A DNA stretch of 64,000 bases, from NCBI RefSeq assembly GCF_009914755.1, contig NC_060928.1. The stretch is one strand, 5' to 3'. Under the pieces are notes generated by a model that was not told where the DNA came from, made no database searches, and saw only the letters and a list, made by a program, of their open reading frames with translations. Below, one piece after another: positions 1 to 20,591 of the stretch. This DNA is from the human T2T-CHM13v2.0 reference genome, Homo sapiens. The position numbers and the translations under genes are program-made. Each line of letters opens with the position of its first letter. Positions within the stretch are counted from its first letter, which is position 1.

Positions 1-238
1 CACAGCCTTTTGTTTCTTATCTACCTATGACCTGGAAGGCCCCCACCATTATCCACTTAGAATTGTCCCACCTTACCTGACTGAACCAATGTACACCTTA
101 TGCATATTGATTGATGTCTCACATCTCCCTAAAATGTATAAAAGCAAGCTGTATCACAACCACCTTGGGCACATGTCATCAGGACCTCTTTAGGCTGTGG
201 AATGGGTGTGTCCTTAACTTTGGTAAAATAAACTTTCT
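1..238 (+). mobile_element. ERV1 LTR (MER4-group), left part, interrupted by L1
   Basis: MER4-like 3' LTR motifs (ccaccttgggcacatgtcatcaggacctc...aaaataaactttct); continues at 5842-5897. Confidence 0.7.
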
Positions 239-456
239 TTTTTTTTTTTTTATTATACTTTAAGTTTTAGGGTACATGTGCACATTGTGCAGGTTAGTTA
301 CATATGTATACATGTGCCATGCTGGTGCGCTGCACCCACTAACTCGTCATCTAGCATTAGGTATATCTCCCAATGCTATCCCTCCCCCCTCCCCCCACCC
401 CACCACAGTCCCCAGAGTGTGATGTTCCCCTTCCTGTGTCCATGTGATCTCATTGT

Positions 457-4082
<3,626 letters not shown>

Positions 4083-4083
<1 letters not shown>

Positions 4084-4931
4084 TGGATATGAAATTCTGG
4101 GTTGAAAATTCTTTTCTTTAAGAATGTTGAATATTGGCCCCCACTCTCTTCTGGCTTGTAGGGTTTCTACCAAGAGATCCGCTGTTAGTCTGATGGGTTT
4201 CCCTTTGAGGGTAACCCGACCTTTCTCTCTGGCTGCCCTTAACATTTTTTCCTTCATTTCAACTTTGGGGAATCTGACAATTATGTGTCTTGGAGTTGCT
4301 CTTCTCGAGGAGTATTTTGTGGCGTTCTCTGTATTTCCTGAATCTGAACGTTGGCCTGCCTTGCTAGATTGGGGAAGTTCTCCTGGATAATATCCTGCAG
4401 AGTGTTTTCCAACTTGGTTCCATTCTCCCCATCACTTTCAGGTACACCAATCAGATGTAGATTTGGTCTTTTCACATAGTCCCATATTTCTTGGAGGCTT
4501 TGCTCATTTCTTTTTATTCTTTTTTCTCTAAACTTCCCTTCTCGCTTCATTTCATTCATTTCATCTTCCATCGGTAATACCCTTTCTTCCAGTTGATCGC
4601 ATCAGCTCCTGAGGCTTCTGCATTCTTCACGTAGTTCTCGAGCCTTGGTTTTCAGCTCCATCAGCTCCTTTAAGCACTTCTCTGTATTGGTTATTCTAGT
4701 TATACATTCTTCTAAATTTTTTTCAAAGTTTTCAACTTCTTTGCCTTTGGTTTGAATGTCCTCCCGTAGCTCAGAGTAATTTGATCGTCTGAAGCCTTCT
4801 TCTCTCAGCTTGTCAAAGTCATTCTCCATCCAGCTTTGTTCCGTTGCTGGTGAGGAACTGCATTCCTTTGGAGGAGGAGAGGCGCTCTGCGTTTTAGAGT
4901 TTCCAGTTTTTCTGTTCTGTTTTTCCCCCAT
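4083..4931 (-). pseudogene. L1 ORF1, disrupted (stop, frameshift, C-terminus deleted)
   Basis: ORF1p fragments MGEKQNRKTGNSK..., EQSLQEIWDYVKRPNL, FQPRISYP. Confidence 0.95.
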
Positions 4932-5834
4932 CTTTGTGGTTTTATCTACTTTTGGTCTTTGATGATGGTGATGTACAGATGGGTTTTTGGTGTGGATGTC
5001 CTTTCTGTTTGTTAGTTTTCCTTCTAACAGACAGGACCCTCAGCTGCAAGTCTGTTGGAATACCCTGCCGTGTGAGGTGTCAGTCTTCCCCTGCTGGGGG
5101 GTGCCTCCCAGTTAGGCTGCTCAGGGGTCAGGGGTCAGGGACCGACTTGAGGAGGCAGTCTGCCCGTTCTCAGATCTCCAGCTGCGTGCTGGGAGAACCA
5201 CTGCTCTCTTCAAAGCTGTCAGACAGGGACATTTAAGTCTGCAGAGGTTACTGCTGTCTTTTTGTTTGTCTGTGCCCTGCCCCCAGAGGTGGAGCCTACA
5301 GAGGCAGGCAGGCCTCCTTGAGCTGTAGTGGGCTCCACCCAGTTCGAGCTGCCCGGCTGCTTTGTTTACCTAAGCAAGCCTGGGCAATGGCGGGCGCCCC
5401 TCCCCCAGCCTCGCTGCCGCCTTGCAGTTTGATCTCAGACATCTGTGCTAGCAATCAACGAGACTCCGTGGGCGTAGAACCCTCTGAGCCAGGTGTGGGA
5501 TATAATCTCGTGGTGCGCCGTTTTTTAAGCCAGTCGGAAAAGCGCAGTATTCGGGTGGGAGTGACCCGATTTTCCAGGTGAATCCGTCACCCCTTTCTTT
5601 GACTCGGAAAGGGAACTCCCTGACCCCTTGCGCTTCCCAAGTGAGGCAATGCCTCGCCCTGCTTCGGCTCGCGCACGGTGCGCGCACCCACTGACCTGCG
5701 CCCACTGTCTGGCACTCCCTAGTGAGATGAACCCGGTACCTCAGATGGAAATGCAGAAATCACCCGTCTTCTGCGTCGCTCACGCTGGGAGCTGTAGACC
5801 AGAGCTGTTCCTATTCGGCCATCTTGGCTCCTCC
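4932..5834. promoter_or_regulatory. L1 5'UTR: CpG-rich sense promoter (-) and antisense promoter (+)
   Basis: Complete ~900-bp 5'UTR with YY1 site (aagatggcc) and retained CpGs. Confidence 0.8.
5387..5581 (+). pseudogene. L1 ORF0 (antisense 5'UTR ORF), 64 aa, slightly truncated
   Basis: MAGAPPPASLPPCSLISD...GVTRFSR* matches primate ORF0. TGA at 5579-5581 removes the last residues. Confidence 0.85.
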
Positions 5835-5841
5835 ACAGAGC

Positions 5842-5897
5842 GGTAAAATAAACTTTCTAAATTTACTGAGCCCTGTCTCAGATATTTTGGGTTCACA
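5842..5897 (+). mobile_element. MER4-group LTR 3' terminus
   Basis: aaataaactttctaaatttactgagccctgtctcagatattttgggttcaca; ends in CA. Confidence 0.7.
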
Positions 5898-6276
5898 GTA
5901 CCTTAGCCCCCTTTGCCTTTGTAACAAGCCTGGCTTGCTTTCTAACAAGCTCCTGGCTTTTGACCTTGGTTGTATGTCTGCTCTCCATCCTCTGTGTCCA
6001 GTTCACTGTGGCACTAGACAGGGCACTAAGGGCGCTCTGTTCTGGAGCCTGGCTGGACTCTCCTTCAACTAGGGGAAAATTGGACAAGGAGGAGCTAGGC
6101 CATCTGTAGGGATGCTGTATCCCTCCTGTTGACCCTCAGGTTTAGTCCTGGGACAAGCTGTGAGGAAGGGTGGAAAGCAGAGGCTGCAAATTGGCCAAAG
6201 CTTAACATTCGCCTGTGAATATCCCCCGCTGGGTTAGCCTTTCAGCCTGGTTGATATTCTATCTGCTCTTCTTAAC

Positions 6277-6340
6277 TTTACGAGCTCCTGAGGAGAGGTA
6301 ATTGTAAGTTTACGAGCTCCTGAGGAGAGGTAATTGTAAG
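6277..6340. repeat. Perfect 32-bp tandem duplication
   Basis: tttacgagctcctgaggagaggtaattgtaag at 6277-6308 and 6309-6340. Confidence 0.97.
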
Positions 6341-7091
6341 TCTACATAGGAATTAAGGTGCAGATAAATCATGTTTGTGACCTGGCTAAAAGTTTTGCTC
6401 TGAATTTTCCTCACATATATAATAGGCTTATTTAGCCTCAGTAATACAGTGGGATATTTGGGGAGGGAGAATAAATTAGATATAGTACTTCTTAATTCCT
6501 ATTTTAAGAGTCTCTATTCTTAAAAGATTATCTTGTTTAAACATTCAGATTATATTCCTCTAAAGATATTTTTTAGTCTCTTTTTGGCCTTTCAAAAACT
6601 TCTGACAGTAATTTCTACGCACTTGGAAATTAACTCTCACAGGGGGTTGCAAAATGGTGCCCCAGGCTTTTACTGGCCCATCAGGCATGATGTGTTTTGC
6701 CATTTACTATGTTTGTATTTCAACAATTGCATTTAAAAAATATTTCCAAGTGGTTCTTCATAATTGCTTGTTCACGCGTCATGTTCCTGACATTATTCCT
6801 TATTTTTATAAAGACATTTATTGTGTTTATTTTTAATTCCCATTCTGTCTGTTCTACTGGTTCTGCTTTCTCTTTAGTAGGGTGTTCTGTTTATCATCTG
6901 TCTGTTGCAGGCTGTTGTTCTTCAGATGTCACATAATATCCTCCCCTCCCAGCTGTAAATTTATCTTTATTGCTTTGAGACAACAATAGTTCTATGGCAA
7001 TACTTAGCTGTGGGTTTTTTTTTTTTCTTTGAATGTAAAACACTTAGAATAGTGACTGGTGAAGAAAGCACTCAATACTTGCTAGCTAGGG

Positions 7092-7520
7092 TGTATTTTC
7101 TATGGCTACATAACAAATTACCCCAGACAGCGGCTTAAAACTACACGTGTTTATTATGTCATAGTTCTACAGGTTAGAAATCTGCAGGTTCATCTGGGGT
7201 CCCTAGCTCAGGGAGTCCGTGTCAGGCTGGCCTCCTACATCTGGAGGCTCTGGGAAAGAATCCACTTCCAGGCTCATTCAGGTTGTTGGCAGAATTGCTT
7301 CTTGCAGTTGTTAGATGGATTTAGTCTTTTCTTGTCTTCAGTTGGATCACTGTTACCTTTTAGAAGCTTCCCTCTGTTACTTGCCATGGGGCCCCTCCAT
7401 TTCAGAGCCCCTGTACTGCCTCATCAACTCCTTCTCATGGTTGGAATAGCTCTGACTTTCTCTTTGGCTACTCTTTTAAATAAGTTTAAATGGCACATGT
7501 GATTAGATTGTGCCCACCTG
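7092..7520. mobile_element. MaLR LTR (MLT1-type)
   Basis: ataacaaattacc...cagcggcttaaaa...tctggaggctctgggaaagaatccacttccaggctcattcaggttgttggcagaatt motifs. Confidence 0.7.
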
Positions 7521-7564
7521 GGAAAACCTCCCTTTTGCTTAATTCAAAGTCAGCTGTCTACTGC

Positions 7565-8345
7565 AATAATTTGCTAGTGTGCCATCACAAAACACTGGAA
7601 ACTGGGTGGTTTAAACAACAGAAATGTATTGTCTCAACAGTTCTGGAGGCTGAAAGTCTGAAATGGAGGCATCTGGTGGGTTGGAAACTTCTGAGGACTG
7701 TGAGGGAGAATTCATTCCATGCCTCTCTCCTAGATTCTCCCAGCCTTATGCATTCGTTGGCTTGTAGACGGCCTTCTCCCTACTAGTAAGGGGAAGACAT
7801 TACTAGTATCTGTCTGTATACAAATTCCTTGGCTTGTAGATGGCCTTCTCCCTTACTAGTATCTGTCTGTATACAAATTTCTCCACCTTTTAAAAATCTA
7901 GACATAAGTCATAATGGTTTAGGGCCCACCCTAATGACCTACCTCATTTTAACTTGAACATCTTTAAAGCCCCTATTTTTCTTTCTTTCTTTTTTCTTTT
8001 TTTTTTTGAGACAGAGTCTCGCTCTGTCACCCAAGCTGGGGCACAATGGTGCCATTACGGCTCACTGCAGAGGTTCCAGGGTTCAAACGATTCTCCTGCC
8101 TCAGCCTCCCGAGTAGCAGGGATTACAGATGCATGCCACCACACCCAGCTAATTTTTGTATTTTTAGTAGAGATGGGGTTTTACCATGTTGGTCAGGCTG
8201 GTCTTGAACTCCTGACCTCAAGTGATCCACCCGCCTAGGCCTTCCAAAGTGCTGGGATTATAGGCATGAGCCATCGTGCCTGGTCCATCTTTCTAAATAA
8301 GGTCATGTTCTCAGGGACTGGGAGTTAGGAGTTCAGCATCCTTTA
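7565..8345. mobile_element. MaLR LTR (MLT1C-like) interrupted by Alu
   Basis: actgggtggtttaaacaacagaaatgtattgtctcaacagttctggaggct; tagggcccaccctaatgacc; resumes aaataaggtcatgttc. Confidence 0.7.
7976..8284 (-). mobile_element. AluS
   Basis: Dimeric Alu, polyT on the left. Confidence 0.9.
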
Positions 8346-9159
8346 AAACCCATAAGAATTAGTAACCTGAATTAATCTGCAAAATAAATGAGGGAACAGA
8401 GGCCAAAGAGGGTAAACCACTATCAGATGGACTAGAACCCAGGCACGAGGACTCATTACTTCAGCCTTTCATCCTCTGTGTGTGTTCACAGTCCCCATTT
8501 AAATATGTATGTTGTATCAAGGACTACAATAGTAATTTGGAGTTTGGGAAAATTGCATATCCTGCGCTGATGGACTGGAAGATGAGATGTGCTTTAGGCA
8601 GAGCCTGTTTATCAATAGGTGAGTGGCTATGAAATGGGGGTAGGAACCCATAGGGAAGAAACTAGATGATCTGCTGAAAATGAGAAGAAAAATGAGCTGC
8701 TGGACCTGCCAGCTGGCACCACTGCTCAAGTGGATTATGAACTGAATATAGAAAATATGAGGGAACAAAGAGCTGTATGAGTGTTCACAGCTGTTCTCCT
8801 CACATGCATGACCCCTTCTCAAACATATTTTCTGAATGAATCACTCTCAGCAGGAAAGTGGTCTCTCTACTAGGAATAACAAACAAGACAGTCTCTACAA
8901 CTACTTGGGCAAAGAGAAGCTTTGCCATGGAGAGGTCTGCTCTTACCTGTGTTTTGCAGAATGCTCTGCAGAGAAACACTCACTTTGTTCATGATTTGTC
9001 TAATTCCTGGAAAACATCAGCACTGCAATTTAGTTTTAGAGTCTGTTGAAAAGATGTGCTGGCATTAAAAAAAATTAAGAAACTATGCTGTGAACTGCAG
9101 ACTTTCTGAGAAATCTGGAATAGTTTGGCCCACACATTTCCTCTCAATTGAGAACACAA

Positions 9160-9340
9160 GGTTTGGAATCAGGCCAGGTGACCTAGGTTATAGCTCTGGC
9201 TCTAACTACATGACCTTGTCCAAGTTACTTAATGTTCATAAACCTCCATTTATCTATCAATAAACAGGACTAATAATACATACATACCTCATGGGGATGC
9301 TGTGAAGATGAGATGAAATCCATCATCAAGGAATGTTAGC
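9160..9340. mobile_element. MIR fragment
   Basis: tgaccttgtccaagttacttaat...cctccatttatctatcaataa...acctcatggggatgctgtgaagat core. Confidence 0.6.
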
Positions 9341-9587
9341 CAGAATCAGAATCCTTATCACCACTACATTCTCAAAGTCTCCTTAGATCCAAATTGAACA
9401 TTTTTAGGAATAATTTTTAAAAATAAAATCTATCTTTTCTTTGTAAATTTGCTTTTTAGTTTAATGCTTAATGTTTTGGTCAGTTGAATGAACTCTTTCA
9501 GCATCCTAAAATTATGTTAATATTGAGGAAAATATTGCTTACTAAATTTTTTGGATTAGAAAATAGTGCATGAATGCAGTAAATTCT

Positions 9588-9630
9588 CTGGATTCAGAGT
9601 CCCGAGTGCTCACCATTACGCCAGAGAGCC
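9588..9630 (-). pseudogene. 5'-half tRNA-Gln(CTG) tailless retropseudogene
   Basis: Minus strand reads GGCTCTCTGGCGTAATGGTGAGCACTCGGGACTCTGAATCCAG, close to tRNA-Gln GGTTCCATGGTGTAATGGTNAGCACTCTGGACTCTGAATCCAG. 17-bp TSD aatgcagtaaattctct at 9573-9589 and 9640-9656. No polyA. Confidence 0.85.
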
Positions 9631-9697
9631 CCATGATAAAATGCAGTAAATTCTCTTGCCAGGATTGCAAGCTGACTCAATTGAAAGAATACCGTTT

Positions 9698-9995
<298 letters not shown>

Positions 9996-10397
9996 AGGGA
10001 AAAGAATACTAAGTGTGAACATCAAGAACCTTGATGTTACGTAACAACCTTGTCACCAGCCAGTGATATATCCTCCAGTGCCTTAAATATTGGCTTCCTT
10101 GTTCATCAGATTTAGTAACTAATGAGGCATAACTGAGTAAGCAATAAAGGACTCATAAAAGAAGGGTCTCAAGTTCTCTGGTGCTGCTATATCAGGGGCG
10201 TGGGGTCCCCACAGACCTGGAAATTCCGGCCCTTCTTTCTCAACTCAGAGAAAATTGAGACATCCGGGATTGATTTCCAAAGACTCATGTTATGTAAAGA
10301 AGCCACCAAGAAGAGCAAAGAAAAGGAGCCAGGGATAGCAGCTCTTCCTCAGGGACACTTGACTTTCAGGGATGTGGCTATATAATTCTCAGTGGAG

Positions 10398-10972
<575 letters not shown>

Positions 10973-10975
10973 TGA

Positions 10976-11323
<348 letters not shown>

Positions 11324-11368
11324 TAATGTAAATGTGATGTATGTGGCAAAGTCTTTCATGAGAAGTAA

Positions 11369-11500
<132 letters not shown>

Positions 11501-11503
11501 TGA

Positions 11504-11912
<409 letters not shown>

Positions 11913-11948
11913 TAGAAGTGTAATGAGTGTGGCAAGACCTTCACTTGA

Positions 11949-12338
<390 letters not shown>

Positions 12339-12554
12339 GAATGTGGCAAGGTGTCTAATCAACAATCAAACCTTGCACAACATCAGAGAGTTCATACTGG
12401 AGGGAAACCTTACAAGTGTAATGAGTATGGCAAAGCCTTTAGTGGGCAGTCAACACTTATTCATCATCAAGCAATCCATGGTATAGGGAAACTTTACAAA
12501 TGTAATGATTCTTACAAAGTCTTCAGTAACGCTACAACCTTTGCAAAACATTAG

Positions 12555-12752
<198 letters not shown>

Positions 12753-13043
12753 TGATGATTGTGGCAGTCTTGACTTCACTTTCACACAGGATTAAACATC
12801 AGAGAATCTATACTGGACAGAATCTTAAAAATGTCGTAAGTGTGGCAAGGTCTTCAGTCCGAGGTCAATCCTTGCAGAACATCAGAAAATTCATTTTTGA
12901 GATAATTTTTCCAAATACAATGACTATAGAAAATCATAAAGCTTTAATTGACATTAGAGCCAATTCAGCATTGACTTGAGATTGAGTTGACAACATTGAG
13001 TTCAAGCATTATTGACATTAAAGTGTTTATGTTAAGAAGATTA

Positions 13044-13107
13044 GGCCGGGTGGGGTGGCTCACGCCTGTGGTCCCAGCACTTTGGGAGGCCAAGGCTGAC
13101 AGATCAC
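13044..13107 (+). mobile_element. Alu 5' fragment in the retrocopy 3'UTR
   Basis: ggccgggtggggtggctcacgcctgtggtcccagcactttgggaggcc, breaking off into GC-rich non-Alu sequence. Confidence 0.8.
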
Positions 13108-13426
13108 AGCCACACCTGGCTACGAGGGGGTGGAGGCCGCTGTGGGGCAGGGGCCTGGCTAGAATGGACGGGACCTCGAACAGGATCTGGGCGCGGCAAG
13201 AATGGGGAGGCTGCTTGGGGGCCGGGCAAGCAGAGGGAAGGGGCGGGGCCAGAGGGTGATCGTCATCTTGGGGGCGAGGTCTGGAAGGGGTGTCTGAAGG
13301 GCAGGGCCTGGAGGGGGCGGGTCCTGGCTTTCTCCTCAGTTGGGCCCCAGATGTCGCCTGCTGTCATCCTCTTGCCCTGCAGGACTGGATCCTCCGGATA
13401 CTGATTGGTGGACTGTTACTGATGTG

Positions 13427-13452
13427 CTGTGATATTACCCCTAATATCACAG
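13427..13452. repeat. 11-bp perfect inverted repeat, SATR1/SATR2-like single unit
   Basis: ctgtgatatta-cccc-taatatcacag. Confidence 0.6.
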
Positions 13453-13845
13453 GGATGCTTCATCCGTTTTAAGTTAATATTTCAAACAATCGAAGGTAAA
13501 ACAACATATTTATTGGGCAACCTGTAATGAACGCTGAATCGTTTTTCCTCTTAAGTTGAAAATGGTTTTAATGCAAAGCGCCTTTTCTGAGCAGGTAGAG
13601 TCACGCATCCTGCAGGCAGTGCAAGCTCCCCTCCGTCTGGGGCAGGGCGGGGCGGAGGGGCAGGGACCTCGGTAAAGGGGTGGAGTGGGGCACTGGTTGC
13701 AGCAGGGACTGACAATTAGAACGGCTTATTAAGCAAGGTCCTGGGTTGTTTGAGTGGATAATGGAAACTGAACGGTGACATGCAAAACTGCCTACTACAC
13801 AAAGGAAGTGAAGGACAATTTTATATTTCATGGAAATAAAGTCAG

Positions 13846-14157
13846 GGCCCGGAGCAGTGGCTCGCGCCTGTGATCCCAGCACTTTGAGAGGCTGAGGCAG
13901 GAGGATGGCTTAAGCCTAGGTGTTTGAGATCAGCTTGGGCAGCGTGGTGAGACCTCATCTATACTAAAAAAAAAAATTAAAAAAAAAATAAGCCAGGTGT
14001 GGTGGTGCACACCTGTGGTCCCAGCTGCTCGGGGCACTGAGGTCGGAGGATCGCTTAAGCCAGAAAGTTGGAGGCTGCAGTGAGCTCTGATCTCGCCACC
14101 ACACTCCAGACTGGATGACAAAGCTAGACCCTGTCTCAAACAAACAAGCAAATAAAT
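13846..14157 (+). mobile_element. AluJ
   Basis: Dimeric Alu with expanded middle A tract. Confidence 0.85.
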
Positions 14158-14271
14158 GAGAGGTTTATTTAAAATAAACCTTTAAAAATAAAGGAAGAGA
14201 TTTTCTTTCCTTTTGTCTCTTTTCTTAGCACACTCAGAAAATTTGTAAATGCATTTTCTCTGACTTCTGAG

Positions 14272-14291
14272 GTGTGTGTGTGTGTATGTGT

Positions 14292-14324
<33 letters not shown>

Positions 14325-14465
14325 GGAGTTTTTCTCTTGTTACCCAGGCTGGAGTGCAAGGCACGATCTTGCCTCACCACAACCTCCTACTCCTGGGTTC
14401 AGGCGATTCTCCTGCCTTGGCTTCCCAAGTAACTGGGATTACAGGCATGAGCCACTATGCCTGGC
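14272..14465 (-). mobile_element. (GT)n plus collapsed monomer-length Alu
   Basis: PolyT tail; right-arm 3' part joined directly to left-arm 5' end (ggattacaggcatgagccac). Confidence 0.75.
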
Positions 14466-14581
14466 AAACTTTGGTTTTTTGAGAAACTAAATCTTTTTTC
14501 AGCTTAATGACCCAGGGAAGTATTTCTGAAAGACTTGGGAGCTCTCTTTGGAAGGCAAACAACAAAGGAGACAGTACCTTT

Positions 14582-17325
<2,744 letters not shown>

Positions 17326-17671
17326 CAAAGAATGAGTTTAAGAATAGAAATTTCTAGAAATTAGTTGGCAATCTGCAACTGGGATTTCAGCAGTAAAGAC
17401 TGAAAATGTCAAAGTTAGGATAATCAATTGGACAGAATATTTGATGTTATTAGAGTGAATGATAAGTTTGATGATAAATTTATAGATATGAAAAGAGCTA
17501 GATGGCCATAAATTATCTTTGGGAAGAAGAGTTGGAACTAGAGGAAGAGAGGTCAAGGAAGATTCACAATAGTCTATGCATCATTATAAATGTGCACATG
17601 TCCTCATAATCAGGCAGTAATGTTTGAAGATACAGGTGAGTGCCTGAAATGAAGAAATACAACTTTTGCTA

Positions 17672-18065
<394 letters not shown>

Positions 18066-18715
18066 AAAAAAGTCTTTGGTCCTAACAAAGCACTGAGTAG
18101 GCATGAGGTTTGATAGTCGATATCCATTGAATTTAACCCTTAAGAAAATTTTTTGTGGCTTTCAACACTGCTGGTTCATCAGAGGAGTAGATGGGTTACA
18201 AACCATCTTGCTGGGAATCAATAGGAAAGTGAATGATGCGAAAGTAGAGAGAAATCCTGTGAGTTTAGGAGTGAAAAGAAGGAAAGACTCCATATGGTAG
18301 CCAAAAGGGATGAGAAGGGGAAGGGAAAAGAAATATGCAATCTATGGAGATAGAGAGATGGAAGCATATTATCAGGGAACAGTTGAGGTAAGATCACAGG
18401 GCATTCACATAATCAAGTGGAGTTAACCTTTGAAATGTTAGCCTAAAATAGTAATAATCTTTAAATATTTACTTATTTGGCAGAATGATTAGCTTAGAAG
18501 AAAACTCTTTGTTAAAAAGCAACTTCTCTGTTTCTGGAATTCATCATTATTTTAAATAAAGGTAGACTGTAACTAGACCAAGTTATAAATGTGTTGGTGT
18601 TAAAAGGTGTGATATTACCTTATTAATTTGAATGACTGGCGCTGATTTCCTCCAATTTAAAAATTTTATTTAGCTAGTTCTAACAATCCCCAGGGAGTCT
18701 TGTTTTGCTTGACAG

Positions 18716-18804
18716 CTGCCTCTGATGCTGGCACACAGTGACCTCTTTCCAACCTTCTGCATCCAGCCTTTACGAGAAGGGGAGCTAACAAACTAATTAG
18801 ACTG
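18716..18804 (+). pseudogene. Fossil CP-like exon leading into domain 1
   Basis: ttgcttgacag| LPLMLAHSDLFPTFCIQPLREGELTN*LD(W) |gtagct. Phase 2, compatible with the next exon. Confidence 0.55.
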
Positions 18805-18987
18805 GTAGCTTAAAAAAATATCAATCTTGGTACACACCCAGGCCAAAAAGTCTTACATGTACAAAAACAGAACATTTGTGTCTGCCCAACTGTCCAATAC
18901 TGCTAGCCTCAGGCTTTTATCTTACACTTAAAAACTGGTTTTATTTTGCACTTTGGCATACTGTATAGAAGTTTGACACATTTGTAG

Positions 18988-19319
<332 letters not shown>

Positions 19320-19397
19320 TAATTTCTTGTACCACATAAAGAAAAAAAAAAACATGTATTAATAGTTGGCTTGTGAAAGATGGTATTTTCTGCCCAG

Positions 19398-19467
19398 CTC
19401 CTGGTAGAATTTTTTTTGCTGAACATGACTATCATGTCAGTGGGGTTTTAGTTATCAGTGCCAGAAG
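19398..19467 (+). pseudogene. Fossil CP-like exon, domain 1
   Basis: ttttctgcccag| (A)PGRIFFAEHDYHVSGVLVISAR(R) |ggaagt, probably a mutated gtaagt donor. Confidence 0.5.
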
Positions 19468-19489
19468 GGAAGTCAAAGATAAGGCACAA

Positions 19490-19950
<461 letters not shown>

Positions 19951-20219
19951 AGATTTTGAAACATACAACTATACTTAGCCTCAGTACTGTTTAGAGGGAA
20001 TAAAAATTGGCGTATCCTTTATAATGTGCCCACTTTTCATGCAATCTCTTTACCAGAATTTAAAATGTACGCATCCTTTGACACAGCCATTCCATTTCTA
20101 GGAATTTATCTAACAGAATAATTGAGTAAGTGTGCAAGGACATATGTTAAAAAAACTATCCATTACAAAATTGGCTATTGTAGGAGAAAAGTGGTAATAA
20201 CTTAAATGCCTACCAAGGA

Positions 20220-20490
20220 ATGTTGTGTATCAAATACTGTTCTAAGCACTTCAAAAGCAGTTAAGTCATTTAATCCTCATAACATTATATAGTAATAGAA
20301 TATAAAACATATATTAAAATATAATCTTAATAATATTATTATCCCTCAATTTACAGATGACAAAGCTGAGGCACGGAACAATTAAGTACTCATCCAAAAT
20401 CACACTGCTGTACGTGGCACAGCCAGGACACAAAGCCAGGTAGTCTGGCTCTAGAGTCTGTGGGCTTAATCCTGCACTATTTGCCTCTCT
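20220..20490. mobile_element. MIR
   Basis: tcatttaatcctcataac...tttacagatgacaaagctgaggcac core. Confidence 0.7.
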
Positions 20491-20591
20491 CAACATTCTG
20501 CTGCCTTCACATAATCATTAAATGTATTTTTAACTTACAAAAATTAAATTTAAAACATGAATGAGCTAGTATAGGTGGCTTTCTTTTTCTT

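Noticed and set aside
8960-9066. Acceptor plus MLCRETLTLFMICLIPG as the signal-peptide exon of the fossil gene
   Set aside because: Plausible position and hydrophobicity, but no canonical donor and no phase link to the 18716 exon.
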